Source: Nitrospirales bacterium
GTDB taxonomy: Bacteria; Nitrospirota; Nitrospiria; Nitrospirales; UBA8639
Length of the DNA stretch: 64,000 bases
Reading direction: 5' to 3'
NCBI GenBank assembly: GCA_965223295.1
Contig: CBDCWC010000003.1
Location: 960,001-1,024,000, forward strand
The translations under genes were made by a program, and so were the position numbers. Under the pieces are notes generated by a model. It saw only the letters and a program-made list of their open reading frames with translations. It ran no database searches and was not told the origin of the DNA. Every line of letters begins with the position of its first letter. Position 1 is the stretch's first letter. Positions 21,539 through 30,556 of the stretch are shown piece by piece.

Positions 21539-22300
21539 CTAAGCTTCACTCTGCATGTGTTCAGCTTTATGACCAAAGGCTGCTGCATTTCCGTCCGCCG
21601 GGCTTGCAAGACCAAAATCCAGTGGATTGGTGTGTGTTTTCCCACCATGAACCCTGGACTGCAACCCGGTAAAGCGCACATTCTCTCCATTTTCTGGTAA
21701 TTTAATTCCCATTTCTTCGCGTACGCGTTTAAAGACGGCCACAACCCTTCTAATCTTTGCCGCATCAGAGTCTCTTACCGTGAACATGGCATCTTCATGG
21801 CCTTGCTCGGCACAGATGGCTGAAGTCCAGCAGTTGGTTCCGGCTCGAATCATCTTAAGAGTCAGATTGGCATAGTGACAATGCACACCGATAAAAATAC
21901 AAGCTTCAATCTTATTCCCCCAAATCGTCAGATTTGGATGATTCGGATTGATGACTTCTTCCGGTTCGACCTTAGGGTACTTGGGGCGATAATCCGGCAT
22001 CGGAATAACGAGCACATCTGGTAGCTGGGCTGCAAGTTCTAATACCGCCTTAGCCTTATCTGCCGCATGATCATTCCAATTCCACAAGACCAACGGACCC
22101 GGAAAAATAGTGGCATTCTTACGCGTCATCATTGTACGCGCCATCGCTTCCATTGCCAGCTCTTCCTCAACCAAATGGCCAAACTTCAAACCTTTCCCCT
22201 TCTCCGGCGTCAGGACACCAAGTTCTGCAGCTGATGGGGGATGGAACCCTTGTGGCCCAGGAGCCACGATTGCGTCTTCTAGTTCTTGCGTTAATTCCAC
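21539..22300 (-). CDS. 2-oxoacid:ferredoxin oxidoreductase delta subunit (ForD/PorD type)
   Basis: FPGPLVLW, MPDYRPKYPK, INPNHPN, GVHCH; operon context. Confidence 0.85.
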   Translation of the reverse strand: MELTQELEDAIVAPGPQGFHPPSAAELGVLTPEKGKGLKFGHLVEEELAMEAMARTMMTRKNATIFPGPLVLWNWNDHAADKAKAVLELAAQLPDVLVIPMPDYRPKYPKVEPEEVINPNHPNLTIWGNKIEACIFIGVHCHYANLTLKMIRAGTNCWTSAICAEQGHEDAMFTVRDSDAAKIRRVVAVFKRVREEMGIKLPENGENVRFTGLQSRVHGGKTHTNPLDFGLASPADGNAAAFGHKAEHMQSEA

Positions 22301-22351
22301 GTTGGACTCCGATTTACAGTAATTACGAAATCAGTAAGAAAGTGATCGAGG

Positions 22352-22675
22352 TTAACCCTGCCACGGATTTGCTAAAACCGCTTTGGTATTCTTTTCTTTG
22401 TAAGTAATATTTGGGGTGAGAGCTGCATCACCAATCTGATCAATCATTTCCATTTTAATGGCTTTATGCTTCGCCATGTTGTCGCACACCCACACACATT
22501 GGGCACAGCCTTTACAACGATCCACCGCCACATAGGCAGACCCATACTTCAAACCCTTATCTTTTCCCGCCTCCGTATCATATTGAATAGTATTGGCTTC
22601 CGGACAATATTGCGTACACAACTTACAACTCGTGGCAGCACATATTTCCTGATCAATATTTGCGACAAGATACAT
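22352..22675 (-). CDS. Ferredoxin-like epsilon subunit
   Basis: CxxxxCxxCxxxCP and CxxCxxCxxxC. Confidence 0.9.
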   Translation of the reverse strand: MYLVANIDQEICAATSCKLCTQYCPEANTIQYDTEAGKDKGLKYGSAYVAVDRCKGCAQCVWVCDNMAKHKAIKMEMIDQIGDAALTPNITYKEKNTKAVLANPWQG

Positions 22676-22699
22676 CGAGTTCCCCTTTCAATTTCCTCT

Positions 22700-23422
22700 T
22701 TAGGCTTGAGCCTTTGCTGCAGCAGCTGTTTGATCGGCCATTGAGGAACCTCCAGCCGACCACCCTTGATCAACAGCATAGTCCCAAGCTGCCTTGACGA
22801 CCGCAAGATTTTTTTCAATAAGCTCCGCTTTCTTTTTAAACTTTCTTTCCACCACACTATCCAACGCAGCAGTTCCTCCAGAAACGACAAAACCTTTCCC
22901 TAAGAATCGGTCTTTCACAGCCGTGCCGGAAGCCTCTAAATTTGAAAGGCCCGTGATTGCACCGATCGCGCCAACCATAGCCATATTCGTGGCCAAATCT
23001 ATTCCCGCTACGTCTAGCGACATTTGGGTGGCCGGGAGGTAATAGATTTTTGCATTTAAGTCTTTTAATTCCGCAGCTTGATCCGGCTCAAGATTCATAG
23101 GTGTATTGCTATTGATCAGCACGACTCCATCCTGTTTTAACCCATAGTAAAAAGGATTCGTGTAACTCTTTCCATGGGTGATGCACTGCGGATGAAAAAC
23201 CATGAGGATATGAGGGAAGGTAATTTCTCCAATTTCATATATTGGTTCATTCGAGACGCGCACATAGCTTTCTACGGGAGCCATCCGCTTTTCAGACCCA
23301 TAGAACGGAACAATGGTACTTTCCCCTCCAGCATTGATGACCGCCGTGCTAAAAATGTGGGATGCGGTCACCACACCCTGGCCACCAACGCCTGCCATAC
23401 GAATGTTGTAACGAATCGCCAT
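22700..23422 (-). CDS. 2-oxoacid:ferredoxin oxidoreductase gamma subunit
   Basis: IRMAGVGGQGVVTA, FYGSEKR. Confidence 0.93.
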   Translation of the reverse strand: MAIRYNIRMAGVGGQGVVTASHIFSTAVINAGGESTIVPFYGSEKRMAPVESYVRVSNEPIYEIGEITFPHILMVFHPQCITHGKSYTNPFYYGLKQDGVVLINSNTPMNLEPDQAAELKDLNAKIYYLPATQMSLDVAGIDLATNMAMVGAIGAITGLSNLEASGTAVKDRFLGKGFVVSGGTAALDSVVERKFKKKAELIEKNLAVVKAAWDYAVDQGWSAGGSSMADQTAAAAKAQA

Positions 23423-23481
23423 CTCTACACCTCCCTCATCATAATGTAAACAGCTAAACCCTTACTACGCAACGCAAAAAT

Positions 23482-24372
23482 TTACCCCTTCGTCACCGCA
23501 GCAGCAGGCTTCGGGAGATATTCTTTATATCCATAAAGGGTAGCCAAATGTTCTTTGGCTTCGTCCGTTATATATTCTTGAAATTTATAGCGATCATTTT
23601 CAACATCCTTCGCATCTTGCATGACTTGATCTGTTGGGATCGCATATTCGATGTTACAGGATGTGTAGGCTTGGATGTAGGTTGGACCCACTTCCCGTGC
23701 AATTAAGATAGCTTTCTTAATCACGCTTTCTACCCGCCTTGGATTGTTGGGAACCACCGTCGCCACATAAGCACATCCAGCCACTTTTGCCATCCCAACC
23801 ATATCCATCTTTTCAAATTTTTTCCCCAAAGGCGCCATCTTCAAAACCTGCCCTTTGTTGGTCATTCCGCTTTCTTGTCCACCGGTATTTCCATAGACTT
23901 CGTTATCTAACATGATGGTTGTGAATTTTTCTTTTCGAAACCACGAATGTAGAGTTTGTGCAAATCCGATGTCCGCCATTCCCCCATCTCCCGCCATCAC
24001 AACCACATCTTTGGGACGATCTCCAAACCTCAAACGAAGTCCGCGCGATAACCCACTCGCCACCCCATTTTGGTCACCATAATTTCCATAGACGAAAGGC
24101 ACAGCGGCTTGAGAAATCGCCAATCGGCCGCAGCCCGCCGTTCCCACCGTAATGGTATCTTCAGGATTTGGAAAGGCAATAAACGCTAAACGAATAAAAA
24201 GCGTCATGGCACATCCGGCACACATAGGATGTTCTTCCAAGATTTCTTTAAATGTTCCAACTTGAGAAACTGCCGTCTTTTTGCCAAAGGGGCCACTCTC
24301 GACCATATCGCGATATTCTTTAGGCATAAACTTTCCAAAACCTGGGGTGAATTTCACATAATCGAGACTCAT
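23482..24372 (-). CDS. 2-oxoacid:ferredoxin oxidoreductase beta (TPP-binding) subunit
   Basis: CAGC, GDGG...DNEVYGNTGGQ. Confidence 0.93.
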   Translation of the reverse strand: MSLDYVKFTPGFGKFMPKEYRDMVESGPFGKKTAVSQVGTFKEILEEHPMCAGCAMTLFIRLAFIAFPNPEDTITVGTAGCGRLAISQAAVPFVYGNYGDQNGVASGLSRGLRLRFGDRPKDVVVMAGDGGMADIGFAQTLHSWFRKEKFTTIMLDNEVYGNTGGQESGMTNKGQVLKMAPLGKKFEKMDMVGMAKVAGCAYVATVVPNNPRRVESVIKKAILIAREVGPTYIQAYTSCNIEYAIPTDQVMQDAKDVENDRYKFQEYITDEAKEHLATLYGYKEYLPKPAAAVTKG

Positions 24373-24710
24373 AACCTTGTCTCCTCCTTGTTAAAAAACG
24401 ATCCGAAGGACAGCCGTTCAATTTTTTGAGAGAATTGTTTTTTGTATCTTCCTCTAAACAAGTGAAAATACAAAATTTTTCGTCAAGCTAACAGAGAGTC
24501 TTAACTGTATCAATTTTTGAAGTAGATAATCTAGGTGAATTTCACTGACAATTCAACTCAAAAGAAGGCCCACGACATAAAAAAGAAGACCCATGAGGCA
24601 TTCCCGGGTCTTAGGTCTTTTGTCCCAAACGGGCTAAAAACAGAGATTGATAGTGGAAGGGAAGTGAGGAGTCGTAAAACTACCTTCCCTCACTCATCGG
24701 GAGAAGTGAA

Positions 24711-25697
24711 TTAATCGAGGATATAATGGAGGGGATCAACGACTTTATCATTGACCGCTACTTGATAATGAAGATGAGGTCCTGTTGAGAATTTTCCTGT
24801 GCTCCCAACCCGCCCAATGAGATCGCCTCGTTGCACACGATCTCCATATTTCACATGAATTTTTGACAAATGGCCATACGTGGTCTCAATACCATAGCCA
24901 TGATCAATTCGAATAAATTTTCCCATTCGACCATCATAAGCCGCCACAACGACCTTACCAGAAGCCGGAGAGCGAACCTCCGTACCCGTACGAGCCCCAA
25001 TATCAACCCCCGCATGTAACGCCTTTTTCCCAGTAAACGGTGAAACTCGTGGACCAAACCGCGACGTAATTGATCCATGGACAGGCCAAATTGATGGAGT
25101 CGAAGCCCATTGCACCGCTTTTTTCTCAGCCACTGCGGAAAGTTCATCAAGAATTTGGCTTTCCGATTTACTTTGCTGTTTCAACCAATCCAGGCCAATC
25201 TTGATTTCAGTAATTTTCCTTTCCATGGAGAAAAAATCCTGAGATACCCCATGTGGCATACTTGTTTTTTTAGCCAGGCTTTCTGATCCGTGAGAAGCCT
25301 CTTCTGTCATCGAGTCATAGGGAAATTCTTCGCCCCCTTGCCCAGGCACTCCCGATGGCAAACCTTGTATGTCATCAGGCTCAAGTCCAAACATGGTTTG
25401 CAGCTTACGATTAAGCGTTTCCAAAGCTAGCATACGCTTTTTCATGCCATTCACTTCAGTTGAAAACGTCCCTGTTTTCATGCGTGAGGACATGAGCTCC
25501 TGCTTAATCGTTTCCATTTCAGTCAATTGGTTCCACTGGTACACATAATGCGTGACAATGCCCGCCTGAACAAAAAGCAAGGTCACCCCAAAAATTAATC
25601 CATACTTCACAAACGCTTTAGGGATTTTTAAACGCCAGGGATTGGCTCGCGCACTACGAAAAATAATGACTGTCAGGCTATCTTCTGATTCTTTCAT
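24711..25697 (-). CDS. M23 family peptidoglycan endopeptidase
   Basis: TM segment, coiled coil, HAGVD, YGHL, STGPHLHY. Confidence 0.93.
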   Translation of the reverse strand: MKESEDSLTVIIFRSARANPWRLKIPKAFVKYGLIFGVTLLFVQAGIVTHYVYQWNQLTEMETIKQELMSSRMKTGTFSTEVNGMKKRMLALETLNRKLQTMFGLEPDDIQGLPSGVPGQGGEEFPYDSMTEEASHGSESLAKKTSMPHGVSQDFFSMERKITEIKIGLDWLKQQSKSESQILDELSAVAEKKAVQWASTPSIWPVHGSITSRFGPRVSPFTGKKALHAGVDIGARTGTEVRSPASGKVVVAAYDGRMGKFIRIDHGYGIETTYGHLSKIHVKYGDRVQRGDLIGRVGSTGKFSTGPHLHYQVAVNDKVVDPLHYILD

Positions 25698-25769
25698 TCG
25701 GTCACCAATGTGGTTGGAAGAAAAATATTGAGAATAATCACGTCAGACTTTTCTAGCATGAACCCATAT

Positions 25770-26102
25770 TCATACCGACTGTTTAGCTTGATTCGTCACA
25801 TTTCGAACCCAACTCAAATATTCCGGAAGTCCATGTTGAATCGGAAGCGCGATGACTTCCGGGACATCATAGCTATGTAATGACTTTACGACACTCACAA
25901 CACGCTCAAATAGCTGATTGACTGTCTTAGCTATGAGCAGAACCTCCCGTTCTCTGCTCACCTTGCCTTCCCACCGAAAGACCGACAGAATCCCGGGAAG
26001 GACATTCACACAGGCTACTAACTCTTGTTCAACTAACTTGTTAGCGATACGTTCAGCTTCGGGTTCGGATCCCACGGTTACTAACACAACTATTTCGTCC
26101 AT
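25770..26102 (-). CDS. cutA: Divalent-cation tolerance protein CutA
   Basis: LVACVN, W.G, HSYDVPE. Confidence 0.95.
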   Translation of the reverse strand: MDEIVVLVTVGSEPEAERIANKLVEQELVACVNVLPGILSVFRWEGKVSREREVLLIAKTVNQLFERVVSVVKSLHSYDVPEVIALPIQHGLPEYLSWVRNVTNQAKQSV

Positions 26103-26313
26103 AACCCACTGGTCTACATTCCAAGATCCCCCAGCGCCCAGCTAAGAGCACCAATTCCCAATGATCAAGCTTGAAATGTATGTATTCAATACCTGCCTTT
26201 CTTGATCATTATCGGTCGTTTTGTCGTTATCTGAAGGTTAAAAATAATCTTCTGGAAGCCAAAGATCAACCCATCATCATACCTTTTTTTGAGTTTTCAA
26301 TATTTCCAACAAC

Positions 26314-27096
26314 TTAGCGCGGGCTCAGTCTCCCGGGGTCTTGATTGGCCAATCCCACTAAATCAGCAATAGCCGGTTTTAGGGCCTCTTGAAGGGCAAG
26401 GGGATAACTTTCTACGGCATTTTCCAGCCCATAATATGGGCCATCAATTTGCTTACCCTCGAAGTCCATCGTCATATTCCACAGGACTTTGGTTGGGTCA
26501 TCAACCGGAGTCAATCGTAGATCCATTTCGAGACCCGTGGTTGTTTCACTCATGGGCAGTCCCAACATCCAGAATACGACCCCAACAGGACCCAATAAAT
26601 ACGTATATAACCGTCGTTTCCATTCGGTAGAGCGTAAACGTCCTCGGAAGGCCACGTCGGCAGGTTCCTGCTGAGCATCTTTGGCATATTTCACGGATGA
26701 ATAAATACCTGCTTCATTCAGTTCAGCAGCAATCGCTTTGGCAAAATCATGAGGGGGGTCAAATTGGACCACATCAACTTCTTCCGGCTTTTCAGCTTTT
26801 TCCGGGCGTTCATACAGAGTGTCTCCATAAGGCACAAGCGGAATTGCCGCTTTCCAATATTCTTCTTTCACTTCTGTTCCCCGTAAGTCCTCTAAAGGAA
26901 GAACAATGGCATTGGCAGAAATTGGCGCAGTAGGTTTAGTTGAAAGATAGGATCCCGTTGAAGAGGGCGGGTATTGCCAATCTCGGTTACCAAGACAAGC
27001 CGTTAAGGTCAGACAAGCCAGAATGACGACCATACCGGTAACCGATCGGGAGAAAGAGACACGCATCATTTCAACGACTCCTTTCGTTTTTAACAT
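26314..27096 (-). CDS. Putative lipoprotein
   Basis: Lipobox LTAC; long ORF. Confidence 0.7.
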   Translation of the reverse strand: MLKTKGVVEMMRVSFSRSVTGMVVILACLTLTACLGNRDWQYPPSSTGSYLSTKPTAPISANAIVLPLEDLRGTEVKEEYWKAAIPLVPYGDTLYERPEKAEKPEEVDVVQFDPPHDFAKAIAAELNEAGIYSSVKYAKDAQQEPADVAFRGRLRSTEWKRRLYTYLLGPVGVVFWMLGLPMSETTTGLEMDLRLTPVDDPTKVLWNMTMDFEGKQIDGPYYGLENAVESYPLALQEALKPAIADLVGLANQDPGRLSPR

Positions 27097-27249
27097 ATTA
27101 AAGCCATTCTATCCCTAGCACCCCCTCTTCACTTAGGAATGTTGGGAATCATTTTCAAAGACAATTAACCTGGCTAAGACTCTCTAGGCCTTGGAAGGAG
27201 GAACAAAACACCATTCACAATATCCCATCAACGATTTCATTACGATTTA

Positions 27250-27870
27250 TCAAGAAAACCCACCAGCCTGCCCTAAATGTTTCTGCAATTCAGGGTAAGA
27301 CTTTGCTACAGAAAATTGCGGATACTCCTGTGTGATGGAATCGGGGGGACAGAAAAAAAATCCAGCATCTGCTTCTTGTAACATGGAAACGTCATTATAG
27401 GAATCCCCACCGGCTAGGACTCTAAACCCAAGAGATTTCAAGGCCGAAACAGCTTTTCGTTTTTGGTCCTGTTGTCGAAGAAAGTAGTTTGCAATGAAAC
27501 CATCGGAGTCAATGTCCAACGTATGGCAAAAAATTGTCGGGAATTGAAGTTGCTCCATGAGAAACGGATGCACAAACTCATAAAAGGTATCCGATAAAAT
27601 GACAACTTGCGAACGAGCCCGCAACCATGACATAAATTCAGGAACGCCGGGAAGCGGAGCAATCGTCCGAACCACTTCGTGGATATCATGAATCGTGATA
27701 TGGTGAGTCCGAAGTACTTCTAAACGCTTCTTCATCAACACATCATAATCAGAAATGTCACGAGTCGTCAGTCGCAATTCCGACAAGCCAACCTTGTCAG
27801 CCAGCCCTAGCCAAATTTCAGGAAATAAGACTCCCTCCATATCCAAACATGTCACGACCGGTTGAGACAT
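27250..27870 (-). CDS. thrH: Phosphoserine phosphatase/homoserine phosphotransferase
   Basis: CLDMEGVL.PEIW, TTRD, ILSDTF, GDSYND. Confidence 0.93.
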   Translation of the reverse strand: MSQPVVTCLDMEGVLFPEIWLGLADKVGLSELRLTTRDISDYDVLMKKRLEVLRTHHITIHDIHEVVRTIAPLPGVPEFMSWLRARSQVVILSDTFYEFVHPFLMEQLQFPTIFCHTLDIDSDGFIANYFLRQQDQKRKAVSALKSLGFRVLAGGDSYNDVSMLQEADAGFFFCPPDSITQEYPQFSVAKSYPELQKHLGQAGGFS

Positions 27871-28044
27871 TCATTCCTCGAATTCATGATCTACAAACAC
27901 CTGTAATCTTGGCCTAACAGCTTCGGCTGATCATAAAAGAAAGCTGGACTCTGTCACAACAAAAAAATCAGAAGGGATCGACTGAGTCACACACAGTATC
28001 ACGTGGTGAAAAAACAGACTCTTCTGTCATGACAAGAAGGGGTT

Positions 28045-28692
28045 TTAGAATAACTCAAGAATGTCATGGGGTGTTTCGCAATAGAAATCAGGCTTTAAAG
28101 CCGTCACCTTATCACGATTACCATATCCATAGCCCACGGCACATGCCCGAATGCCTGCCGCTTGAGCCGCCCGAACGTCATTGGTGCTGTCGCCGATCAT
28201 CACAGTATGTTCGGGGGCCGCTCCTAATACTTCTAGGGCTCGCTCTAACATCACAGGTTCCGGTTTCAATTCGGTGGAGTCTCGTGGGGCTTCTATATGC
28301 GTGAAGAGGTCACGCGCCTGCAACCCCTCAACAATGCACACTGTATATTCTAAAGATTTGTTCGTCACAATCACATTCTTCCGATCCTTGTAATGGTGGA
28401 GCACCTCCCAAATTCCTGGATACCACTGAGTCGTATCCACACAGTGTTCTAAATAATGTTTTCGAAATACTTCAAGGGCCCTATCGTAGGTCGCTTGATT
28501 GTTTTCGCCAACAGAAAGACGAAGCAGGCGCTTCACGCCATCACCCACAAAAGTAAAAATCTCTTCCACAGAACGAAGAGGTAACCCCAAGTCTCCCAAC
28601 GTTAAATTTACCGCTGTGGCAATATCCACTTTTGAATCGATCAGGGTTCCATCAAAATCAAAAAGCAGCACCTCCGCACGCCATTGTGTCAT
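28045..28692 (-). CDS. HAD hydrolase, phosphoglycolate phosphatase-like
   Basis: FDFDGTL, VTNK, KPEP, IGDS..D. Confidence 0.88.
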   Translation of the reverse strand: MTQWRAEVLLFDFDGTLIDSKVDIATAVNLTLGDLGLPLRSVEEIFTFVGDGVKRLLRLSVGENNQATYDRALEVFRKHYLEHCVDTTQWYPGIWEVLHHYKDRKNVIVTNKSLEYTVCIVEGLQARDLFTHIEAPRDSTELKPEPVMLERALEVLGAAPEHTVMIGDSTNDVRAAQAAGIRACAVGYGYGNRDKVTALKPDFYCETPHDILELF

Positions 28693-29249
28693 CACTGAAA
28701 ATCTTTCTGTTCTCTTACCTTCAGTTGTCGACGTAATGAGGCAAACATCGCCTTCTTCTCTGCTTCCGACTCGCTTAACTCTGTCCACCGTACAAAATCA
28801 ATTAACCGTTGCCGCCCCACATGCGGGGGAAGCTGGGGGTGAACCACTTGCCATCGATCATAGACCGCTTTGATATGAAAAAGATACGATTCCTGATGGG
28901 GATCAGGAACAAATGTCACGCTTTCCCAATGCATCGTTCCTAAAACATCAAATACAACAGGGATTTTAGCTTCCAGTCCACTCACAATCTCCCATTTGGT
29001 CACATCATCTTCAATCTGAAACTTTGAGATAACCACCACGTGTCCCCAAGGAAGAGATTCTTTCCAGTTCACATAGGGAACAATCACCTGCCAAGAAGAG
29101 GCCTCTAACCGTACGCCTTTTTTATCTAATGACAAAAACTTGCGTAATGTTTTTGTGGGATCTTCGGTGATATGTCGATTAAAGGCATGAGAAGGCGATA
29201 CACTAACAAGCACAGCCCAGACTATCATCAAAAGGAGAAATTTAATCAT
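28692..29249 (-). CDS. Hypothetical secreted protein
   Basis: Signal peptide (SHA-F); coupled to the next gene. Confidence 0.7.
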   Translation of the reverse strand: MIKFLLLMIVWAVLVSVSPSHAFNRHITEDPTKTLRKFLSLDKKGVRLEASSWQVIVPYVNWKESLPWGHVVVISKFQIEDDVTKWEIVSGLEAKIPVVFDVLGTMHWESVTFVPDPHQESYLFHIKAVYDRWQVVHPQLPPHVGRQRLIDFVRWTELSESEAEKKAMFASLRRQLKVREQKDFQ

Positions 29250-29334
29250 CCCTTATACACTATTGTACGACTATTCCCAACCTACCTTACTGAATAACAA
29301 TCATGAGAGAATAACGGAGGAGGAGAACCAGGCC

Positions 29335-29838
29335 TTAGCCCTTAAAGAGGATAACCAGAATGATGCCAAGAAGCAGCCAGAGAGGAATGGACAGCATAAG
29401 CCCCCAGGCCAGTCCCTGTGCAGTTTTCAGCCGGCCTTTCAGAGTTTGCTTTTCTAATGCTTTCGAGATACGCAATTTCACATCTTCTAAATGAAATGGT
29501 TTCGTAATATAGTCATCTGCCCCACGGTTAATAGCCTCCACCGCCGTTCCAATTGAAGGATGGCCTGTAATCATCAGAAAAATGACCTCATTGTTTTTTA
29601 TTTCACGAATTCTTCTTAGCAACTCCATGCCATCCATATTCGGCATAATCAAATCAGCCATCACCACATCAAATTCACATCTCTCAAATTCAGACAGCCC
29701 TTCTTCCCCATTACCTACGGCCACGACCGTATACCCCAAGGACAACAAGAACTCTGAGAGAGCGTCCCGCACACCTTGGTCATCATCAACGACTAAGATA
29801 CGTTCAGCCATTGGCATATAACCTTTCTGGCAATTCAC
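29335..29838 (-). CDS. Response regulator receiver with C-terminal transmembrane helix
   Basis: ILVVDDD, DLIMP, ITG, TKPF; hydrophobic tail. Confidence 0.9.
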   Translation of the reverse strand: MNCQKGYMPMAERILVVDDDQGVRDALSEFLLSLGYTVVAVGNGEEGLSEFERCEFDVVMADLIMPNMDGMELLRRIREIKNNEVIFLMITGHPSIGTAVEAINRGADDYITKPFHLEDVKLRISKALEKQTLKGRLKTAQGLAWGLMLSIPLWLLLGIILVILFKG

Positions 29839-29869
29839 GGATCCTTCGCATCAACGCCACCTTGCTTTC

Positions 29870-30556
29870 TTAAAACGTCGGGAAATCAACCACAACGACA
29901 TCAGGTGGAATAGTAAACCTGAGTAAGTCAGCCGCAAGTTCTTGATTCACCTGAAGATCCTCAAAACGTACTCGAGAAATATTTCCGCTTGTCTCATACA
30001 GGGTAATGGTTTGAATGAGATAAGAGTCAGGGAGTAACTGCAGTTCAATGTTTTTGATGGTCGGAGCAGTATCCCCATCTGGCTTGGGGATCAGAGTCAG
30101 ACGAGGCAATCCGGCGGAATTTGTAGAATCGCTCGCCGCTTCTGAAATCGTAAACTGCTGCGCCAGTTTTCCGACCCCCAACAGCAACGCAAGAGGCCCT
30201 TTAGAGGCCGCCATTTGCGTTAACGCGCCTTTCACCACTTGCTGATGCTCGGGGACATACATCATCACCTCATCACCATCGACATAAATATGCTCCTTGG
30301 ACGGCTCGAGATAGTCCCAACGCAAGAGACCGGGCTTTTTCAAATAAAACTTCCCCGCGGATTGAAAGCCTGTTTCGAATCCTTCAATAATTGTTTCTTG
30401 AGTAAAGGTGCCCTGTAAATCTTCAGTCTTGGCATATCGATCATCTACCTGGCGAACCACATCATCCACATCGGATGCCAAAGCCGCAGAACTCAAACTC
30501 AGACACACCATCACACTCACCGACCAAATGAAGCTCAACACGGTCAATCGTTTCAT
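29870..30556 (-). CDS. lolA: Lipoprotein carrier LolA
   Basis: F.Q, KKPGLLRWDY..P, F.IPP; follows ftsK. Confidence 0.9.
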   Translation of the reverse strand: MKRLTVLSFIWSVSVMVCLSLSSAALASDVDDVVRQVDDRYAKTEDLQGTFTQETIIEGFETGFQSAGKFYLKKPGLLRWDYLEPSKEHIYVDGDEVMMYVPEHQQVVKGALTQMAASKGPLALLLGVGKLAQQFTISEAASDSTNSAGLPRLTLIPKPDGDTAPTIKNIELQLLPDSYLIQTITLYETSGNISRVRFEDLQVNQELAADLLRFTIPPDVVVVDFPTF

